This document shows, one piece after another, positions 42,488 to 54,019 of a DNA stretch of 64,000 nt. This stretch comes from Bdellovibrionales bacterium (GTDB lineage Bacteria > Bdellovibrionota > Bdellovibrionia > Bdellovibrionales > JAGQZY01): positions 6,900-70,899 of the forward strand of contig JANOYW010000005.1 in the NCBI GenBank assembly GCA_031429075.1, written 5' to 3'. The translations under genes and the position numbers were made by a program. Each line of letters starts with the position of its first letter. Position 1 is the first letter of the stretch. Under the pieces are notes generated by a model. It had not been told where the DNA came from. It did not search any database and worked only from the letters and a program-made list of their open reading frames with translations.

Positions 42488-43496
42488 CTTTTGTGGTAGA
42501 CGTCTTTGCTTGCATAATGAATTTATAAGACATCAATCGATCCTCTGGGTCGTAGGTGTCAGAGGTCATGATGAGTTCATCTGCGCCGGTGGCTGCGATG
42601 AGCTTGTCGAGCTTTGTGCGAACCGTTTGCACACTGCCAGTTACGAGAAGTCCTAGCATAGATTCCACCGCAGCTTTTTCACTTTGTGTCCACATCACAT
42701 TGATATTGGGAACTGGCGGTTTAAAAAGTCGGCGATCGCCTCGCACCATTCCTAAGAATGCTTGTTGTAAACTTGTGGCTAAAAAGCTGGCGCGCTCGTC
42801 GGTCTCTGCGGCGATGACTGGAACACCCACCATCACATAGGGTTTTTGCAAGTGGTCCGAAGGTTGGAACTGTGCTCGGTAAATTTCAAAGGCCTGTTCC
42901 ATGGCGCCCGGAGCGAAATGACCCGCAAAGGCGTAGGGCCGCCCGAGTCGTGCGGCTAAGCGCGCGCTGTAAAGACTGGAGCCTAAAATATAAATTGGCA
43001 TTTTGATTCCCGTGCCGGGAATAGCTTTTATTTTTTGACCCGGTTGTGCATCCTGAAAAAAGAACATCAGCTCATCGATGAGGTCCGCAAAATCAGGTTC
43101 CTGTAAGGCGCGGGGGCCGCGAATGGCCCGCATTGTGGCTTGATCCGTTCCGGGCGCTCGGCCCAACCCGAGATCAATACGATCTGGATACAAAGTCGCT
43201 AGCGTTCCAAAAGTTTCTGCCACCACCATGGGTGAGTGATTGGGAAGCATGATTCCACCGGAACCCACGCGTATGCTTTTTGTGTTCTCGGCAATGTGGC
43301 CAATAAGCACTGCCGTAGCGGCACTGGTGATGCCTTCGATGTTGTGATGCTCGGCCAACCAAAAGCGCTTGTAACCCAACTGCTCCACGTGCTGAGCGAG
43401 TTGTTTGGAATGAGCGAACGCATCGGCAATGGTTTTGCCTTCTGCAACTTTTGCTAAATCTAGAACTGAAATTTCGGTGGTCGAAAGATTTTTCAT
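42444..43496 (-). CDS. LLM-class flavin-dependent oxidoreductase (luciferase-like, YhbW-type)
   Basis: [13 protein letters not shown] ... [15 protein letters not shown] ... [13 protein letters not shown] overlap with the upstream helicase gene. Confidence 0.85.
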   Translation of the reverse strand: MKNLSTTEISVLDLAKVAEGKTIADAFAHSKQLAQHVEQLGYKRFWLAEHHNIEGITSAATAVLIGHIAENTKSIRVGSGGIMLPNHSPMVVAETFGTLATLYPDRIDLGLGRAPGTDQATMRAIRGPRALQEPDFADLIDELMFFFQDAQPGQKIKAIPGTGIKMPIYILGSSLYSARLAARLGRPYAFAGHFAPGAMEQAFEIYRAQFQPSDHLQKPYVMVGVPVIAAETDERASFLATSLQQAFLGMVRGDRRLFKPPVPNINVMWTQSEKAAVESMLGLLVTGSVQTVRTKLDKLIAATGADELIMTSDTYDPEDRLMSYKFIMQAKTSTTKVILPNPWDPALRLS

Positions 43497-45235
43497 CGCG
43501 CTAACTCCTCGGCAAAAACCTTTTCGGTGATTTTCCAAAATTTGTCTTGTTTGCGGGCGATCACAAAAGATGGCAAACGGAAAAGGCTTTGGTACTTGAG
43601 TACATCTTGAGGTTTTTGAATTTCGATAGCGAGTTCGGGACGCTTGAGGTGCGAGCGCAAAAAGTTAATGTTAAATTTTTTGATGGAGGATGGATTGCTA
43701 AAAAAGTGCGCCTCGCTTACATACTGTGCATCGTAATCGTAATAGCGGATTTCTAAGTAGGGATTTGAATTTTTATCTTTGCGCTCTTCAAAGGTGATTC
43801 GATCGGGCGTGAGGATGTGGGCGTTTTTAGAAAGCTTGGCCTGCTTGAGTTTGGCGTCGGCGTCGATGAGCACCGCTTTACACTTTTCGCAGGCGCGGGC
43901 GGTGATATCGTTTTCGCTGCCACAGCTATGACAAAGTTTAAAGCGAAAGCGAAACCCGCAGGGAGTGACCTCGTAGGTTTTGGGATCGCGCTTTCCGCCT
44001 CGGCACTGTCTGCCAAAGTGTTCGGTGATCTCGCCAAATTCGTCGAGGCGTCCCCAGAAATCATTTTCGTAGCCGCAACTGGGACACGGAATGCGCACGG
44101 CCACGGTGTCTTTGGCGGGTCGCTTATCGCTGATTTCGGGAGCGTAAATGTCGTGCCCCATGCCGGTGTAGTCTAAAATGTAACAATCTTTTTTTTCGTC
44201 GCACAGGCGAAGCCCGCGACCCACAATCTGTTGATACAGACTGTTGGATTCTGTGGGTCGCAAAATGGCGATCACATCCACATGGGGCGCATCAAAGCCG
44301 GTGGTTAATACCGAAACATTGACGAGGTATTTAAACTTTTTGTTTTTAAAATCCTCCACGATGGTATTTCGCTCTTCCATATCGGTGTCGCCGATCACCA
44401 GGCGCGCGTCGGCCGGCGGGAGGTAAGTCATGATCTCTTGAGCGTGGCGAACGGAGCCACTAAAAATCATCACACCCTTGCGCTCAAAGCGCTCGGTGAT
44501 ATCGATGATGTTATTAATAATAAATGGAGTGAGTCGCTTTTGACTTTTTAAGACCTCTTCCACCTCGGCAGCGGTGAATACTCGATCCTTGTCGGAAAGT
44601 TCGGAAAAATCATAACACGTCACCGGAATGTCCACTTTCACCGGCGTGGTTAAAAATTTATTTTTGATCATGTACGAAAGTGGCAGCTCGTACACACACT
44701 GTTTAAAAAAACGTTTTTTATCAGTTTTAGTTTCGCCTTCAGCGGAGGTTTCGTAAATCCAGCCCAAACCCAAGCGATAGGGAGTGGCCGTGAGTCCTAA
44801 GATGCATAACTTTGGGTTTCGTTCGTTGAGTTTTTTAATCACATCTTGGTACTGAGTTGAGCCTTCTTCCGCCACACGATGGCACTCATCGATGACAAGC
44901 AATGAAAAGTCGTTAAAAAACTCATCCGGGGCGCGAGCCACGGACTGCACGCTGCCAAAAATCACTTTTTGCTGCCAATCTTTTTTACCAAGGCTTGCCG
45001 AAAATATTCCCGCCTCGAGCTTATAGCTTTTGTACTTTTCGTGATTTTGCTCTACCAGTTCTTTGACGTGGGCTAAAACCAAGACGCGACCGTTGGCAAT
45101 ACGTGCAAGCTCGGCGATGACTAAACTCTTGCCCGCTCCTGTGGGCAGTACAATCATCGCAGGATCGCGTCTTGCACGAAAGTACTGAATCGTATTTTGA
45201 ACGGCCTGCTGTTGGTAATCGCGAAGTTTGTACAT
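43493..45235 (-). CDS. radD: SF2 DNA repair helicase, RadD (YejH)-like
   Basis: Motif I PTGAGKS and motif II DECH. C-terminal CxxC zinc ribbons ([20 protein letters not shown]). Confidence 0.7.
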   Translation of the reverse strand: MYKLRDYQQQAVQNTIQYFRARRDPAMIVLPTGAGKSLVIAELARIANGRVLVLAHVKELVEQNHEKYKSYKLEAGIFSASLGKKDWQQKVIFGSVQSVARAPDEFFNDFSLLVIDECHRVAEEGSTQYQDVIKKLNERNPKLCILGLTATPYRLGLGWIYETSAEGETKTDKKRFFKQCVYELPLSYMIKNKFLTTPVKVDIPVTCYDFSELSDKDRVFTAAEVEEVLKSQKRLTPFIINNIIDITERFERKGVMIFSGSVRHAQEIMTYLPPADARLVIGDTDMEERNTIVEDFKNKKFKYLVNVSVLTTGFDAPHVDVIAILRPTESNSLYQQIVGRGLRLCDEKKDCYILDYTGMGHDIYAPEISDKRPAKDTVAVRIPCPSCGYENDFWGRLDEFGEITEHFGRQCRGGKRDPKTYEVTPCGFRFRFKLCHSCGSENDITARACEKCKAVLIDADAKLKQAKLSKNAHILTPDRITFEERKDKNSNPYLEIRYYDYDAQYVSEAHFFSNPSSIKKFNINFLRSHLKRPELAIEIQKPQDVLKYQSLFRLPSFVIARKQDKFWKITEKVFAEELAR

Positions 45236-45243
45236 GTGCTATC

Positions 45244-46548
45244 CTACTTTAAGCGCCATTCGTTTTCGGTGATTAAGCGTGCGCCCCGTTTGGAAAACAA
45301 ATAACTCCAGGTCCACTGAACCATCACCGCCAATCGGTTTTTAAAACCAACAAGATAAAGCACATGAATAATAAACCAGGCCAACCAGGCTAAAAATCCC
45401 GTCATTTTAAATCGACCTGCTTGCACAATAGCGCGATTTTTTCCGATGGTTGCCATTAAGCCTTTGTCGAAATATTTAAAGTCTTCAACTGTTTTACCTT
45501 TGATGGACGAAAGAATTTTTTTTGCGGCGTAGCGACCGGCTTGAATGGCAGCCGGAGCAAGCCCCGGCACCCACAGATTGTCTCTCCATTGGATGGCCGC
45601 AAGATCGCCTGTGACGAACACTTCGGGAAACCCAGGAATGGAAAGATCGCGGTTGACGATAATTCGCCCCGCACCATCGCGAGCCACCTCTTCATCAAAC
45701 AAGATCGGCGAGGCCTGAACTCCGGCGGCCCAGAGAACACATCTTGATTTAATAAACTCTTTCGACGTTCGTACGCCCTCGCTGGTGATATCTTCGACTC
45801 GCGTTGAAACTCGCACATCAACGCCCAGGGACTCTAAATCTTTGATGGCGGTGAGCGAAAGATCGTCTGAAAACTGCGATAAAATTCGCGGGCCGGCTTC
45901 GACCAAAATAATTTTTGTTTGTGACGGGTCGATGTTTCGAAAATCATGCAGCAAAACTGTTTTGCTGATGTCGGCAATCGCACCGGCCAGTTCCACGCCT
46001 GTGGGGCCACCGCCTACAACCACAAAACTTAAGAGTGCGGATCTGAGCACAGGATTGATTTCGCTTTCGGCGCGTTCATAGATTGAGAGTATGCGGGTTC
46101 GAATTTCAATGGCCTGCTCGAGGGTTTTTAAACCCGGCGCGAATTCTTCCCACTGGGGTTTACCAAAATAGGAATGGCGCGCGCCGCAGGCAAGAATCAA
46201 GTAATCGTAAGCGAGATGAATTGGCTTTTTTAATTCCAGCGCGCTGGAATTGGAGATGAGTTTTTGTTTGAGATGAACTCTTTCCACTTTTTCCATATGG
46301 ATTTCCACATTGGAATTTTTAGAAAACTGCGCTCGGATCGGCACTGCAATATCACTGGGATCGAGGCCCGCCGTGGCAACTTGGTAAAGCAGAGGCTGAA
46401 ACAAGTGATGATTGCGCTCGTCGATAAGGACAACCTGGACATCGCGTTTGTCGGCGAGGGTCTTGACTGCATTAAAACCCGCAAAGCCCGCACCGACAAC
46501 GGCCACGATCTTTTTTCCTTTGGCTTTAGCTGGGTGAATTAACTTCAT
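45244..46548 (-). CDS. ndh: Type II NADH dehydrogenase (NDH-2)
   Basis: Two dinucleotide folds (VVGAGFAGF, VVGGGPTGVE) and a C-terminal membrane-anchoring helix. Confidence 0.8.
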   Translation of the reverse strand: MKLIHPAKAKGKKIVAVVGAGFAGFNAVKTLADKRDVQVVLIDERNHHLFQPLLYQVATAGLDPSDIAVPIRAQFSKNSNVEIHMEKVERVHLKQKLISNSSALELKKPIHLAYDYLILACGARHSYFGKPQWEEFAPGLKTLEQAIEIRTRILSIYERAESEINPVLRSALLSFVVVGGGPTGVELAGAIADISKTVLLHDFRNIDPSQTKIILVEAGPRILSQFSDDLSLTAIKDLESLGVDVRVSTRVEDITSEGVRTSKEFIKSRCVLWAAGVQASPILFDEEVARDGAGRIIVNRDLSIPGFPEVFVTGDLAAIQWRDNLWVPGLAPAAIQAGRYAAKKILSSIKGKTVEDFKYFDKGLMATIGKNRAIVQAGRFKMTGFLAWLAWFIIHVLYLVGFKNRLAVMVQWTWSYLFSKRGARLITENEWRLK

Positions 46549-46565
46549 TAAAATTCCTTATCTTG

Positions 46566-48923
46566 TTAAAAACGCTTTTCCCACTGGAGAACAAGGCGTC
46601 CTTCTTGCCGGTTGTTTTGATTAGGAGCCCAGGTGGCCGTGAGCATCCAGCGAGTTGAAACGCGTTTGCGGAGTTCGAAATTTGTCGCCTGCTCCCAGTT
46701 TGTGCCAACACCGGCGGTGACACCGTTTCCTAAATCTACGGTGGCAGTATATACCTTTGTAGTGGCGTTGTATGAAAAACTTTGAATGGGCGTCGAAGCA
46801 AAGGCCCACAAGCCAAATAAACCCACCGCTCGATCCGTCACGGCAGCATTCACGTTACCGGCGGTTTCGGCCTCGTTGGCCACCAGCTGGCTTGCCACGC
46901 GACCGTAGATAAGAACAGAGATGATATCATTCTTGGAGAGAACCGGTTCGCTGGTAAACAAAACAGTGGGCGATTGCACTGTGCCCGACAGGCCAATAAA
47001 TATTTTATATCCGCCTTGTTCAATTCGAAAGCGGCCGTCGATTGGTAAATCTTCCTCTTCGTTTTTCGCGAGAGAAATATTTATTTTTTCGACAAAAATT
47101 TTACGCCGTAAATAGTTGACGGTAAAAGGTTCAAAGTGCACAAACCCGGTGGACTCCGTTCCTTTCGAATTCACAAGAACCGATAGTGGAATGTAAGGTT
47201 TTGCAAACTTTGACGAAAGTTGAATGGCACCCGCTTTTTCGGTGCGCAGTCGGGAAACAACACGCACTTGAAAGTTGGGCTTCGCGGTTTCGGGAGCCAC
47301 GCGCAAGATACGGCTGTCGGAGGAGAGAGCTGGAATTCCCAACACGGGATCGAGGGGCGGAAGATCGAGCTTGAGCGTGCGAATCATCACATCCAAATCA
47401 ACATCCAAAGATTTAAAAGTGTTTGCCAGTTGTAAATTGATAGTTGCATCGGCCCCCACAACTTGCGTCGGTGATTTTAAATTTACAGCGACCTGAAGCG
47501 CTGTGTGTAAATAATTTTCTTTTTGCGCCACTGGGCTTTTAGCCGTGAGGTTGATGGTGCCCTCTAAAATATCTAAAGGTGCGGGAATAATGACTCCCTT
47601 GGCGTCGAGGTAGCGGCGAATTCCTTGAAAGCTATGGATGGTGATGTCCGCATCCAGGCGCGGATCAAACTGCCAGCTGTTGTTTTCGCGAAACACATCG
47701 ATATCAGCCGCCAGATCCGCCGAAAATAATTTGTTCTCAACACTTTTAAAGTTTAAATTTGCTTCGGCGACTTTTTCGCGGCTTTTGTTTTCGGAAAAGT
47801 ATTTCTTAAGCCAGGCTTTGGCGCTAATTGTCGCGTGAAATTCCTCTGGCAGTTTGCAGCGGCAAGCGATTTCTAGAGGGGCGCGCATATTTTTGTCGAT
47901 CAAAAATAAATCCACAGGAATATCCATCTGCAGTGTTGCTGGCTCTTCTACCCACAAGGAATCGTTCTTTAAAGGAACCCGCAGTGCGGCTTCGACTTTT
48001 TGTAAATTAACAATAGGGCCCGGTAAGCCGGTGACGGCCACTTGCGATTTTATATCCAAAGCTTTTTCTGAAACCGTGAGTTGCAGCTTTGGATGAATCA
48101 CCAATGGTTTTTTAGGATCGCCCAGTTCGATTTTCGGCTGACTATGCACTTGCAGAGTTTCGTCTTTGTAAGTGCCCAGCAAAGCTCCCTGGAAAGACCA
48201 AGCCGCGGCTTTTACACTCACTTCCATTCTTAAAAACGACTGCTCACTTCCCAACAGTGCGCCGTTGAGCTCCCCTTTGGCCTCGGCAGTGAGATCTTTC
48301 GAAGCCACCGAAAGATAAATCTGCATGGCTTGGTTGTTAGCAACCGAGGGATTTTTTAGAACAGTTCCGGTAACGACCCAGGTTTGTTGACTGGGCAATC
48401 GCAACTGAAAATTGGCAATTTGCAAATCCACGGTATTAAAAATCAAAAACTGGTTGGACTGGGACAGATAGCCCAATGCATTGTTTGCCGTTTGATAAAT
48501 ACTTTGTTCGGGTGAAGAATTTTTTGTGCCAGATATTTTTTCTGAAACTTGGTAAAAGGATTTTTCTCGAGTTTTTAAAATAAAACGATCAAATTGGAAT
48601 GTGGGTTTATCACTCCAAAAGTTAAGACCAAATTTGGCCTCGGCTTTGACGACGCCGACATCCACCTGCGGCTCAGTTTTTAACACCACAAGATTTTTTG
48701 TGGACCACTCAAAATCCCATTCGGTCCAGGATTTTTTTTGCCAGTCAAAATCCATGGCCTCCCAGGTGATTTTTAAATCGTTGGGTAAAAGATAGCGACT
48801 GGCAAAGTTCCACGCCGATTGCGGATTGTTTAAAACCCAGTACGTCACGCCCACGGTAAAAAGGGAAATCACGAGGATCAAAGAGGCTAAAACCAGCGAC
48901 AGAGTTTTTAAAAACTTCACCAT
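46566..48923 (-). CDS. tamB: Translocation and assembly module protein TamB-like
   Basis: N-terminal anchor helix, a long beta-rich body and a C-terminal DUF490-like end. 1-nt overlap with the upstream TamA/BamA-family gene. Confidence 0.7.
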   Translation of the reverse strand: MVKFLKTLSLVLASLILVISLFTVGVTYWVLNNPQSAWNFASRYLLPNDLKITWEAMDFDWQKKSWTEWDFEWSTKNLVVLKTEPQVDVGVVKAEAKFGLNFWSDKPTFQFDRFILKTREKSFYQVSEKISGTKNSSPEQSIYQTANNALGYLSQSNQFLIFNTVDLQIANFQLRLPSQQTWVVTGTVLKNPSVANNQAMQIYLSVASKDLTAEAKGELNGALLGSEQSFLRMEVSVKAAAWSFQGALLGTYKDETLQVHSQPKIELGDPKKPLVIHPKLQLTVSEKALDIKSQVAVTGLPGPIVNLQKVEAALRVPLKNDSLWVEEPATLQMDIPVDLFLIDKNMRAPLEIACRCKLPEEFHATISAKAWLKKYFSENKSREKVAEANLNFKSVENKLFSADLAADIDVFRENNSWQFDPRLDADITIHSFQGIRRYLDAKGVIIPAPLDILEGTINLTAKSPVAQKENYLHTALQVAVNLKSPTQVVGADATINLQLANTFKSLDVDLDVMIRTLKLDLPPLDPVLGIPALSSDSRILRVAPETAKPNFQVRVVSRLRTEKAGAIQLSSKFAKPYIPLSVLVNSKGTESTGFVHFEPFTVNYLRRKIFVEKINISLAKNEEEDLPIDGRFRIEQGGYKIFIGLSGTVQSPTVLFTSEPVLSKNDIISVLIYGRVASQLVANEAETAGNVNAAVTDRAVGLFGLWAFASTPIQSFSYNATTKVYTATVDLGNGVTAGVGTNWEQATNFELRKRVSTRWMLTATWAPNQNNRQEGRLVLQWEKRF

Positions 48924-50674
48924 TAAAACTCCTGCCCAAAGCTGACAAAATAAACCAACTCTTGGGCGTAGCCCGCAGTGTTCACGTTTTCTTGATAGAT
49001 TTTTCCGCGAGCGGCAGAGCCACGGAGTGTTCCAAAGGGCGAAGCCCAGCGCACGCCAGCTCCCATGGAAGTAAACAGAGGGTCGTCCAGGGTCATGCTC
49101 TCGGTGCCCAAACGCGCCAGATCCACGAGTAACAACGGCTGAATGTTGTACGGGATTTGCTCGATCAAACGCAGTTCAAAACCTGCATAAGCGGCGGATA
49201 AAAATCCCACGTTGCCATTGGTAATACTTTTTCGCGAGAAGCCCCGCAGGTTTTCGGCACCGCCGTAGAACACGCGGTAGTCGATGGGCACAAGCTCGCG
49301 GTTGTCTTGTCCGGGATAGGCCTGATCAGCATCCACCGCATTCAACTCCAGTCGAAATCCAAGCACCAGCAGCGGTGGCGAATAACTTGCGATGTTCCAC
49401 AGATTTTTGTAGGTGGCGTCGTAACGATTGACGTCGATCTCTGAGCCTAAACCTTTTTTCTGCCCGCGATAGCGAAAGCTTCCTGCCCAGCCTTCGTACT
49501 GATTGCGCAAATTGCTTTCGTAGGTGTGGCTCATGGCTTCGAGCGATCCCTCCCAGGATAAGTACGAAATATTTTCGGGACCGATCCCCACTTTGGTTTC
49601 TGTGTAGTTCATTGTTGGACCCACGCGGCCGATGAAGCGCACGTCCCAAATATCCCACAAGCGACCGATATCAGCGCCGGCTTTGGCCTCTAAGTATTCA
49701 AAGGTTTTTTCTGACACCCGCGCCAGTCGCGCACGTGGACCAAAAAAAGCTTTTTTTGTCCACGGTAACCAATACAATTGCGAACTCCCGGTGATGCTTT
49801 GAGTGCGAGGTGATGCATACAAAGTTGCGGTGAATGACGACGCGCGGTCGTCCACGCGCGCGTTGCGAAAAGTGACACTGGCAAAGGGGAATTCTTCGGT
49901 GGAGGCGCCAACTTCGAAACGAAAGACTTTGGGGGGACCAATGCTCGAGCGCAATGTGAGATCTGCTTTGTTCCCACGGCAAGCAGCCACAAAATTTGCA
50001 CTCTGAATAAAACCATCGGCCAGCATGCGCGAGACCGTCAGTTGGGTTTTGCGAACATCGTACACGTCGCCAATCTCAAAAGCCTCGTAGCGGGAAAGAT
50101 AGGACTGATCAATTCCGTCGAGACCCAAGCGCGAAATGCCACCGATCGTTTGCTCTTGCCCTTTTTCGATTTTTGCGATGAGTTTATTGTCCCAAGCTTG
50201 CCCCTGAACAGTAACCTGTGGACAAGCGTAGCCGTTATTACGAAGCTCTGTTTCGGCCCACTGTTGAACTTCGTCTAGGCGCGCAGGAACCAACGGCTCG
50301 CCTACAATTTTTCGTTTTTTATTGGGATCAAGAAGTCCGTCGACTCCAGTGACTTCGAGGGCTGAGATCTCCGAACGTGGCCCCGACCACACTTGCAGTT
50401 GGTTTTGCTCGCGCTCAAAGCGCGGCGAAAGATAGCCTTCGTTATTGAGATACACCGAGAGTTGATGTTGTGCCTGTGGGATGGGGATTTCGTTCCAGCC
50501 TGCACGGCCCTTATCAGACCCACAAACCAGAACTTTTTCGTTGCTACTGAGGGAAAGGCTTCCCTCTCGCATCACAATGTTGTCGCAGATTTTTTGCGTT
50601 TTATGCGCGCAGGACGCTAAAACGAAAGCGCCAAAGATTAGTAAGACAGCTGATTCTCCGGACTTTCGCATCAT
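48923..50674 (-). CDS. tamA: BamA/TamA-family outer-membrane protein assembly factor
   Basis: POTRA-like N-terminus, Omp85 barrel, C-terminal ...YFVSFGQEF. Confidence 0.75.
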   Translation of the reverse strand: MMRKSGESAVLLIFGAFVLASCAHKTQKICDNIVMREGSLSLSSNEKVLVCGSDKGRAGWNEIPIPQAQHQLSVYLNNEGYLSPRFEREQNQLQVWSGPRSEISALEVTGVDGLLDPNKKRKIVGEPLVPARLDEVQQWAETELRNNGYACPQVTVQGQAWDNKLIAKIEKGQEQTIGGISRLGLDGIDQSYLSRYEAFEIGDVYDVRKTQLTVSRMLADGFIQSANFVAACRGNKADLTLRSSIGPPKVFRFEVGASTEEFPFASVTFRNARVDDRASSFTATLYASPRTQSITGSSQLYWLPWTKKAFFGPRARLARVSEKTFEYLEAKAGADIGRLWDIWDVRFIGRVGPTMNYTETKVGIGPENISYLSWEGSLEAMSHTYESNLRNQYEGWAGSFRYRGQKKGLGSEIDVNRYDATYKNLWNIASYSPPLLVLGFRLELNAVDADQAYPGQDNRELVPIDYRVFYGGAENLRGFSRKSITNGNVGFLSAAYAGFELRLIEQIPYNIQPLLLVDLARLGTESMTLDDPLFTSMGAGVRWASPFGTLRGSAARGKIYQENVNTAGYAQELVYFVSFGQEF

Positions 50675-50708
50675 GGTCCGTTTTACTGTTATATCCTCGG
50701 ACTCTCAA

Positions 50709-51281
50709 CTAAAAAGCGCTGTATTTGTTGCCCATGCAGCGTGTGGCAGCAACGAGCGACTGCTGATAAACCAGGGGAATTGATTCTTCGTCGATTTTAT
50801 TAATTCTTTGCCACAGCATCTGTACATCGTAGGCTTCGCTTTCGGTACAAACCAAAAATTCTCCTAACGACTGGGTGTAGCCATTGATGTCTTGGAGATA
50901 GTGGACTATTTCGTGGATAATTGTGAGCTGAGTTTTTGGATCGTTAATATCGATTTGGTCCGAGATAAAGATGGTCTTGCTATCGACAAGGTAAATGGCA
51001 TTTACGGTGGGGAGCTTAATTCCTTTATACTCCGCTTGTGCGTATTCTAAATCGCCGTAGGCAAAGATTTGCACAAACGCATGTCTTTCGATTTTTAGTT
51101 TTGGTAATGGCTCGCCATTGTACTTGTAGGACGTCCACTCCAAGGCGAATTCGATGTAGGGCATTAAATCGAGGGTCGGCGGGGCCGGTTTGGTGGCTGC
51201 CAAGTTTATGCTTTGTGCAAAGCTGAAAGCTGGCGAAAGAATACAAAATAGAACTGCAAATAAAAGACGATTCTTTTTCAT
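50709..51281 (-). CDS. Secreted hypothetical protein with HExxH motif
   Basis: Signal peptide (FSFAQ) and IIHEIVHYLQD. Confidence 0.5.
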   Translation of the reverse strand: MKKNRLLFAVLFCILSPAFSFAQSINLAATKPAPPTLDLMPYIEFALEWTSYKYNGEPLPKLKIERHAFVQIFAYGDLEYAQAEYKGIKLPTVNAIYLVDSKTIFISDQIDINDPKTQLTIIHEIVHYLQDINGYTQSLGEFLVCTESEAYDVQMLWQRINKIDEESIPLVYQQSLVAATRCMGNKYSAF

Positions 51282-51436
51282 TATAACCCCGATCTGTTCC
51301 CCATTGAAGACTACGGGAAATATAGCCCGAGAACCCGAGGATTCTCCAGTGAGGAACTCCCAGCCTAAAAACTTTACATGAATGTCAGTTGACCCTCCAT
51401 ATTCCTCCTGTGTAAAAGCATCTAGCAGGAGGTCGT

Positions 51437-52318
51437 ATGGCTTGGGGACAACTTGAAAAAGTGCAATGGCTGCAACAACAAACCATAAAGCGCTCCTACC
51501 GCGACGATGTGGTGGTTAAAATCAAAAATTTAAGTGCTAAATTCGACATCGTGCCCTATGGTGCACTGTCGCAAAAACCTGAGCACTACCCGCTATTCTT
51601 ACTTCAGTCGAAAAATTTTGATGGGCGCAAAAAAACCGTGGTGATCACCGGTGGCGTGCACGGCTACGAAACCAGTGGCGTGCAGGGCGCCTTGGGGTTT
51701 TTTGAAAAATCCGCGGACGCGTATTTAGAGTCGTTTAACTTTGTGTGCGCCCCTTGTATTAGCCCCTGGGCCTACGAGACCGTGAACCGCTGGAATGCGC
51801 AGGCCATCGATCCGAATCGGTCCTTTGTGGCCAACAGTCCCGCGGAGGAGTGCAAACTTTTTTTAACGGCCGTGGCTGCATTGAATATAAAACCTGTAGC
51901 GCACTTTGATCTGCACGAAACCACCAACACCGACAACTCGGTGTTTCGCCCAGCCTTGGAGCAAAGAGACGGCATCCCGCAAGAGCTGTGGGAAATTCCC
52001 GATGGCTTTTATCTTGTTGGCGATACAGAAAATCCTCAACCAGGATTTCAAAAAGCAATTATCGAGCAAGTTAAAACGGTCACTCATATTGCGCCCCACG
52101 ATGAAAATCAAAAAATCATCGGTGTTAAAATAGAGCAAGAGGGCGTTATTAACTACGATGTGAAAAAACTCTTTTTGTGCGCAGGATTTTCGGACGCCCA
52201 ATACACGACCACCACAGAAGTTTATCCCGATAGTCCAAAAGTGACTGATGCGATTTGTATCGAAGCGCAGATCGCCGCCATCAAAGGTGGTTTGAATTAT
52301 TTAGCTTTTTCGATTTAG
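51437..52318 (+). CDS. M14-family metallocarboxypeptidase (succinylglutamate desuccinylase/aspartoacylase-like)
   Basis: GGVHGYETSG and HFDLHET zinc/catalytic motifs. Confidence 0.75.
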   Translation: MAWGQLEKVQWLQQQTIKRSYRDDVVVKIKNLSAKFDIVPYGALSQKPEHYPLFLLQSKNFDGRKKTVVITGGVHGYETSGVQGALGFFEKSADAYLESFNFVCAPCISPWAYETVNRWNAQAIDPNRSFVANSPAEECKLFLTAVAALNIKPVAHFDLHETTNTDNSVFRPALEQRDGIPQELWEIPDGFYLVGDTENPQPGFQKAIIEQVKTVTHIAPHDENQKIIGVKIEQEGVINYDVKKLFLCAGFSDAQYTTTTEVYPDSPKVTDAICIEAQIAAIKGGLNYLAFSI

Positions 52319-53085
52319 CTTTGCAGATTCTTTTTAATTTTAGAAGAGGCAACGAGCACGAACACAAGACTGTAGCCGACAAGAACCGAGCCGTTAGTCA
52401 GCCACGAGTTTAAAATATCTTTGTCCCAATAAAGTGCCTGGCAAATCACGACTCCGTGGTACAGGGGTAAACTTTTAGCCACCCATTGTAGATATTCGGG
52501 CATTTGTGTAATTGGAAAGAAAATACCCGAGAAAAAATAGAGCGGCGAAATTATAAACGCATACACGGTTTGAAATTGATTGATATTTTTAACGTAAGCA
52601 GTGGAAAGCAACCCCATGGCTCCCAGGGGCAGACCAATCAGAATGCCGACGAAGGGAATCATCAACAGATTGAGTGGATTTGTAAACAAACCAAACAGCA
52701 GCAAAACAAGAGTCACGGACGTAGCCATGACCGCACATTTTGCGCTCACCCATAAAAACTCGCCCATGATCACTTCGCGCGCGTTGATCGGAGTGGTGAG
52801 CATCGCCTTGTAAATGTTTTCGTAGGTCATCCGCACATAAAAGCCGTAGCTAGTTTCGAAAAACGACGTGAACATGGCGGTGGATATGGCTAAGCCCGGT
52901 GCAATGTAGGCGGCGTAGCTCATGCCGTTGACCTGTTGGACGTAGGAGCCTAAACCCGCCCCTAATGAAATCATCACGAAGGCCGGATCGGCGATGGTGG
53001 GCGAAATGTTGGCAATAAAGTCTTTGCGGTAGACCCACCAATTTCTTTTAACGATCTGTAGGCTGAGGCGGAGAGTTTCAATCAT
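52315..53085 (-). CDS. ABC-2 type transporter permease
   Basis: Six hydrophobic helices. 8-nt overlap with the upstream ATPase gene. Confidence 0.8.
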   Translation of the reverse strand: MIETLRLSLQIVKRNWWVYRKDFIANISPTIADPAFVMISLGAGLGSYVQQVNGMSYAAYIAPGLAISTAMFTSFFETSYGFYVRMTYENIYKAMLTTPINAREVIMGEFLWVSAKCAVMATSVTLVLLLFGLFTNPLNLLMIPFVGILIGLPLGAMGLLSTAYVKNINQFQTVYAFIISPLYFFSGIFFPITQMPEYLQWVAKSLPLYHGVVICQALYWDKDILNSWLTNGSVLVGYSLVFVLVASSKIKKNLQS

Positions 53086-54001
53086 TGATATTTAACTCGC
53101 TCCCCGTGAGCTTTAAAAATACATCTTCCAAATTTGAAGGACGCATTTGTAAGGCACTCACGCCCACCAGTTTTTGGAATGTGAGTAAGTCTTCAAATTG
53201 CAGAGTTCGTATGTAAATACCCGAGGTGTTTTGGGTGATGTTGCAATTCATATTGGCGGCCACCGCGTGGAGTTTAGCGCTGGGGGCTGTGGGCTCAAAA
53301 ACCGCCACGTAGCCCGGGGCATAGCGCTCGCGCAAAGCCTTGGGAGTGCCTTCGGTGATCATCTCGCCTTTGTTCATAATGACCAATCGATCACACAGCA
53401 TTTCTGCCTCGTGAATATAATGAGTGGTGAGCAACGTGGTTTTTCCCTCGGCCTTCAGCTGATTCACTTTTCCCCAAAGCAAATGACGAACAGCGGGGTC
53501 TAAGCCCGTTGTGGGCTCGTCTAAAATCAAAAACTCGGGATTGGCTAAAAGCGCTCGAACAAAAACCAAACGTCGCATCATTCCCCCCGACAGAGTTCGA
53601 ATGGAGGCGTCTTCTTTTTGTTCGATGTTCATAAATTCTAAAAGTTCACGAATGCGCTGTCGGCGCTGCTCTTTAGGCACGGCGACGAAACTGGCGTAGA
53701 GCTCCATGTTTTCGCGGACAGTTAAACCCTCATCGAGGGCATTTTGTTGAGTGACCACTCCGAGTTTACGTTTGATCTCCCGAGCATCACGGTCGGGATC
53801 CAAGCCAAACACGGTCATGGAACCCGAATCCCGTTTGTGGGTCCCGTAGATCATGCCGATGAGAGTGGACTTGCCAGCCCCGTTGGGCCCAAGCAAACCA
53901 AAACATTCGCCTTTTTTTATTTCGAAGGAAACTCCGCGAACAGCTGCAAAAGTTCCGTAGGATTTTTTAACATCTGTGGCGACAAGGAGACGGTCTTGCA
54001 T
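53078..54001 (-). CDS. ABC transporter ATP-binding protein (ABC-2 exporter type)
   Basis: Walker A GPNGAGKST, signature LSGGMMRR, Walker B LILDEPTTGLD. Confidence 0.9.
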   Translation of the reverse strand: MQDRLLVATDVKKSYGTFAAVRGVSFEIKKGECFGLLGPNGAGKSTLIGMIYGTHKRDSGSMTVFGLDPDRDAREIKRKLGVVTQQNALDEGLTVRENMELYASFVAVPKEQRRQRIRELLEFMNIEQKEDASIRTLSGGMMRRLVFVRALLANPEFLILDEPTTGLDPAVRHLLWGKVNQLKAEGKTTLLTTHYIHEAEMLCDRLVIMNKGEMITEGTPKALRERYAPGYVAVFEPTAPSAKLHAVAANMNCNITQNTSGIYIRTLQFEDLLTFQKLVGVSALQMRPSNLEDVFLKLTGSELNIND

Positions 54002-54019
54002 GGTTGAATTACAACATTC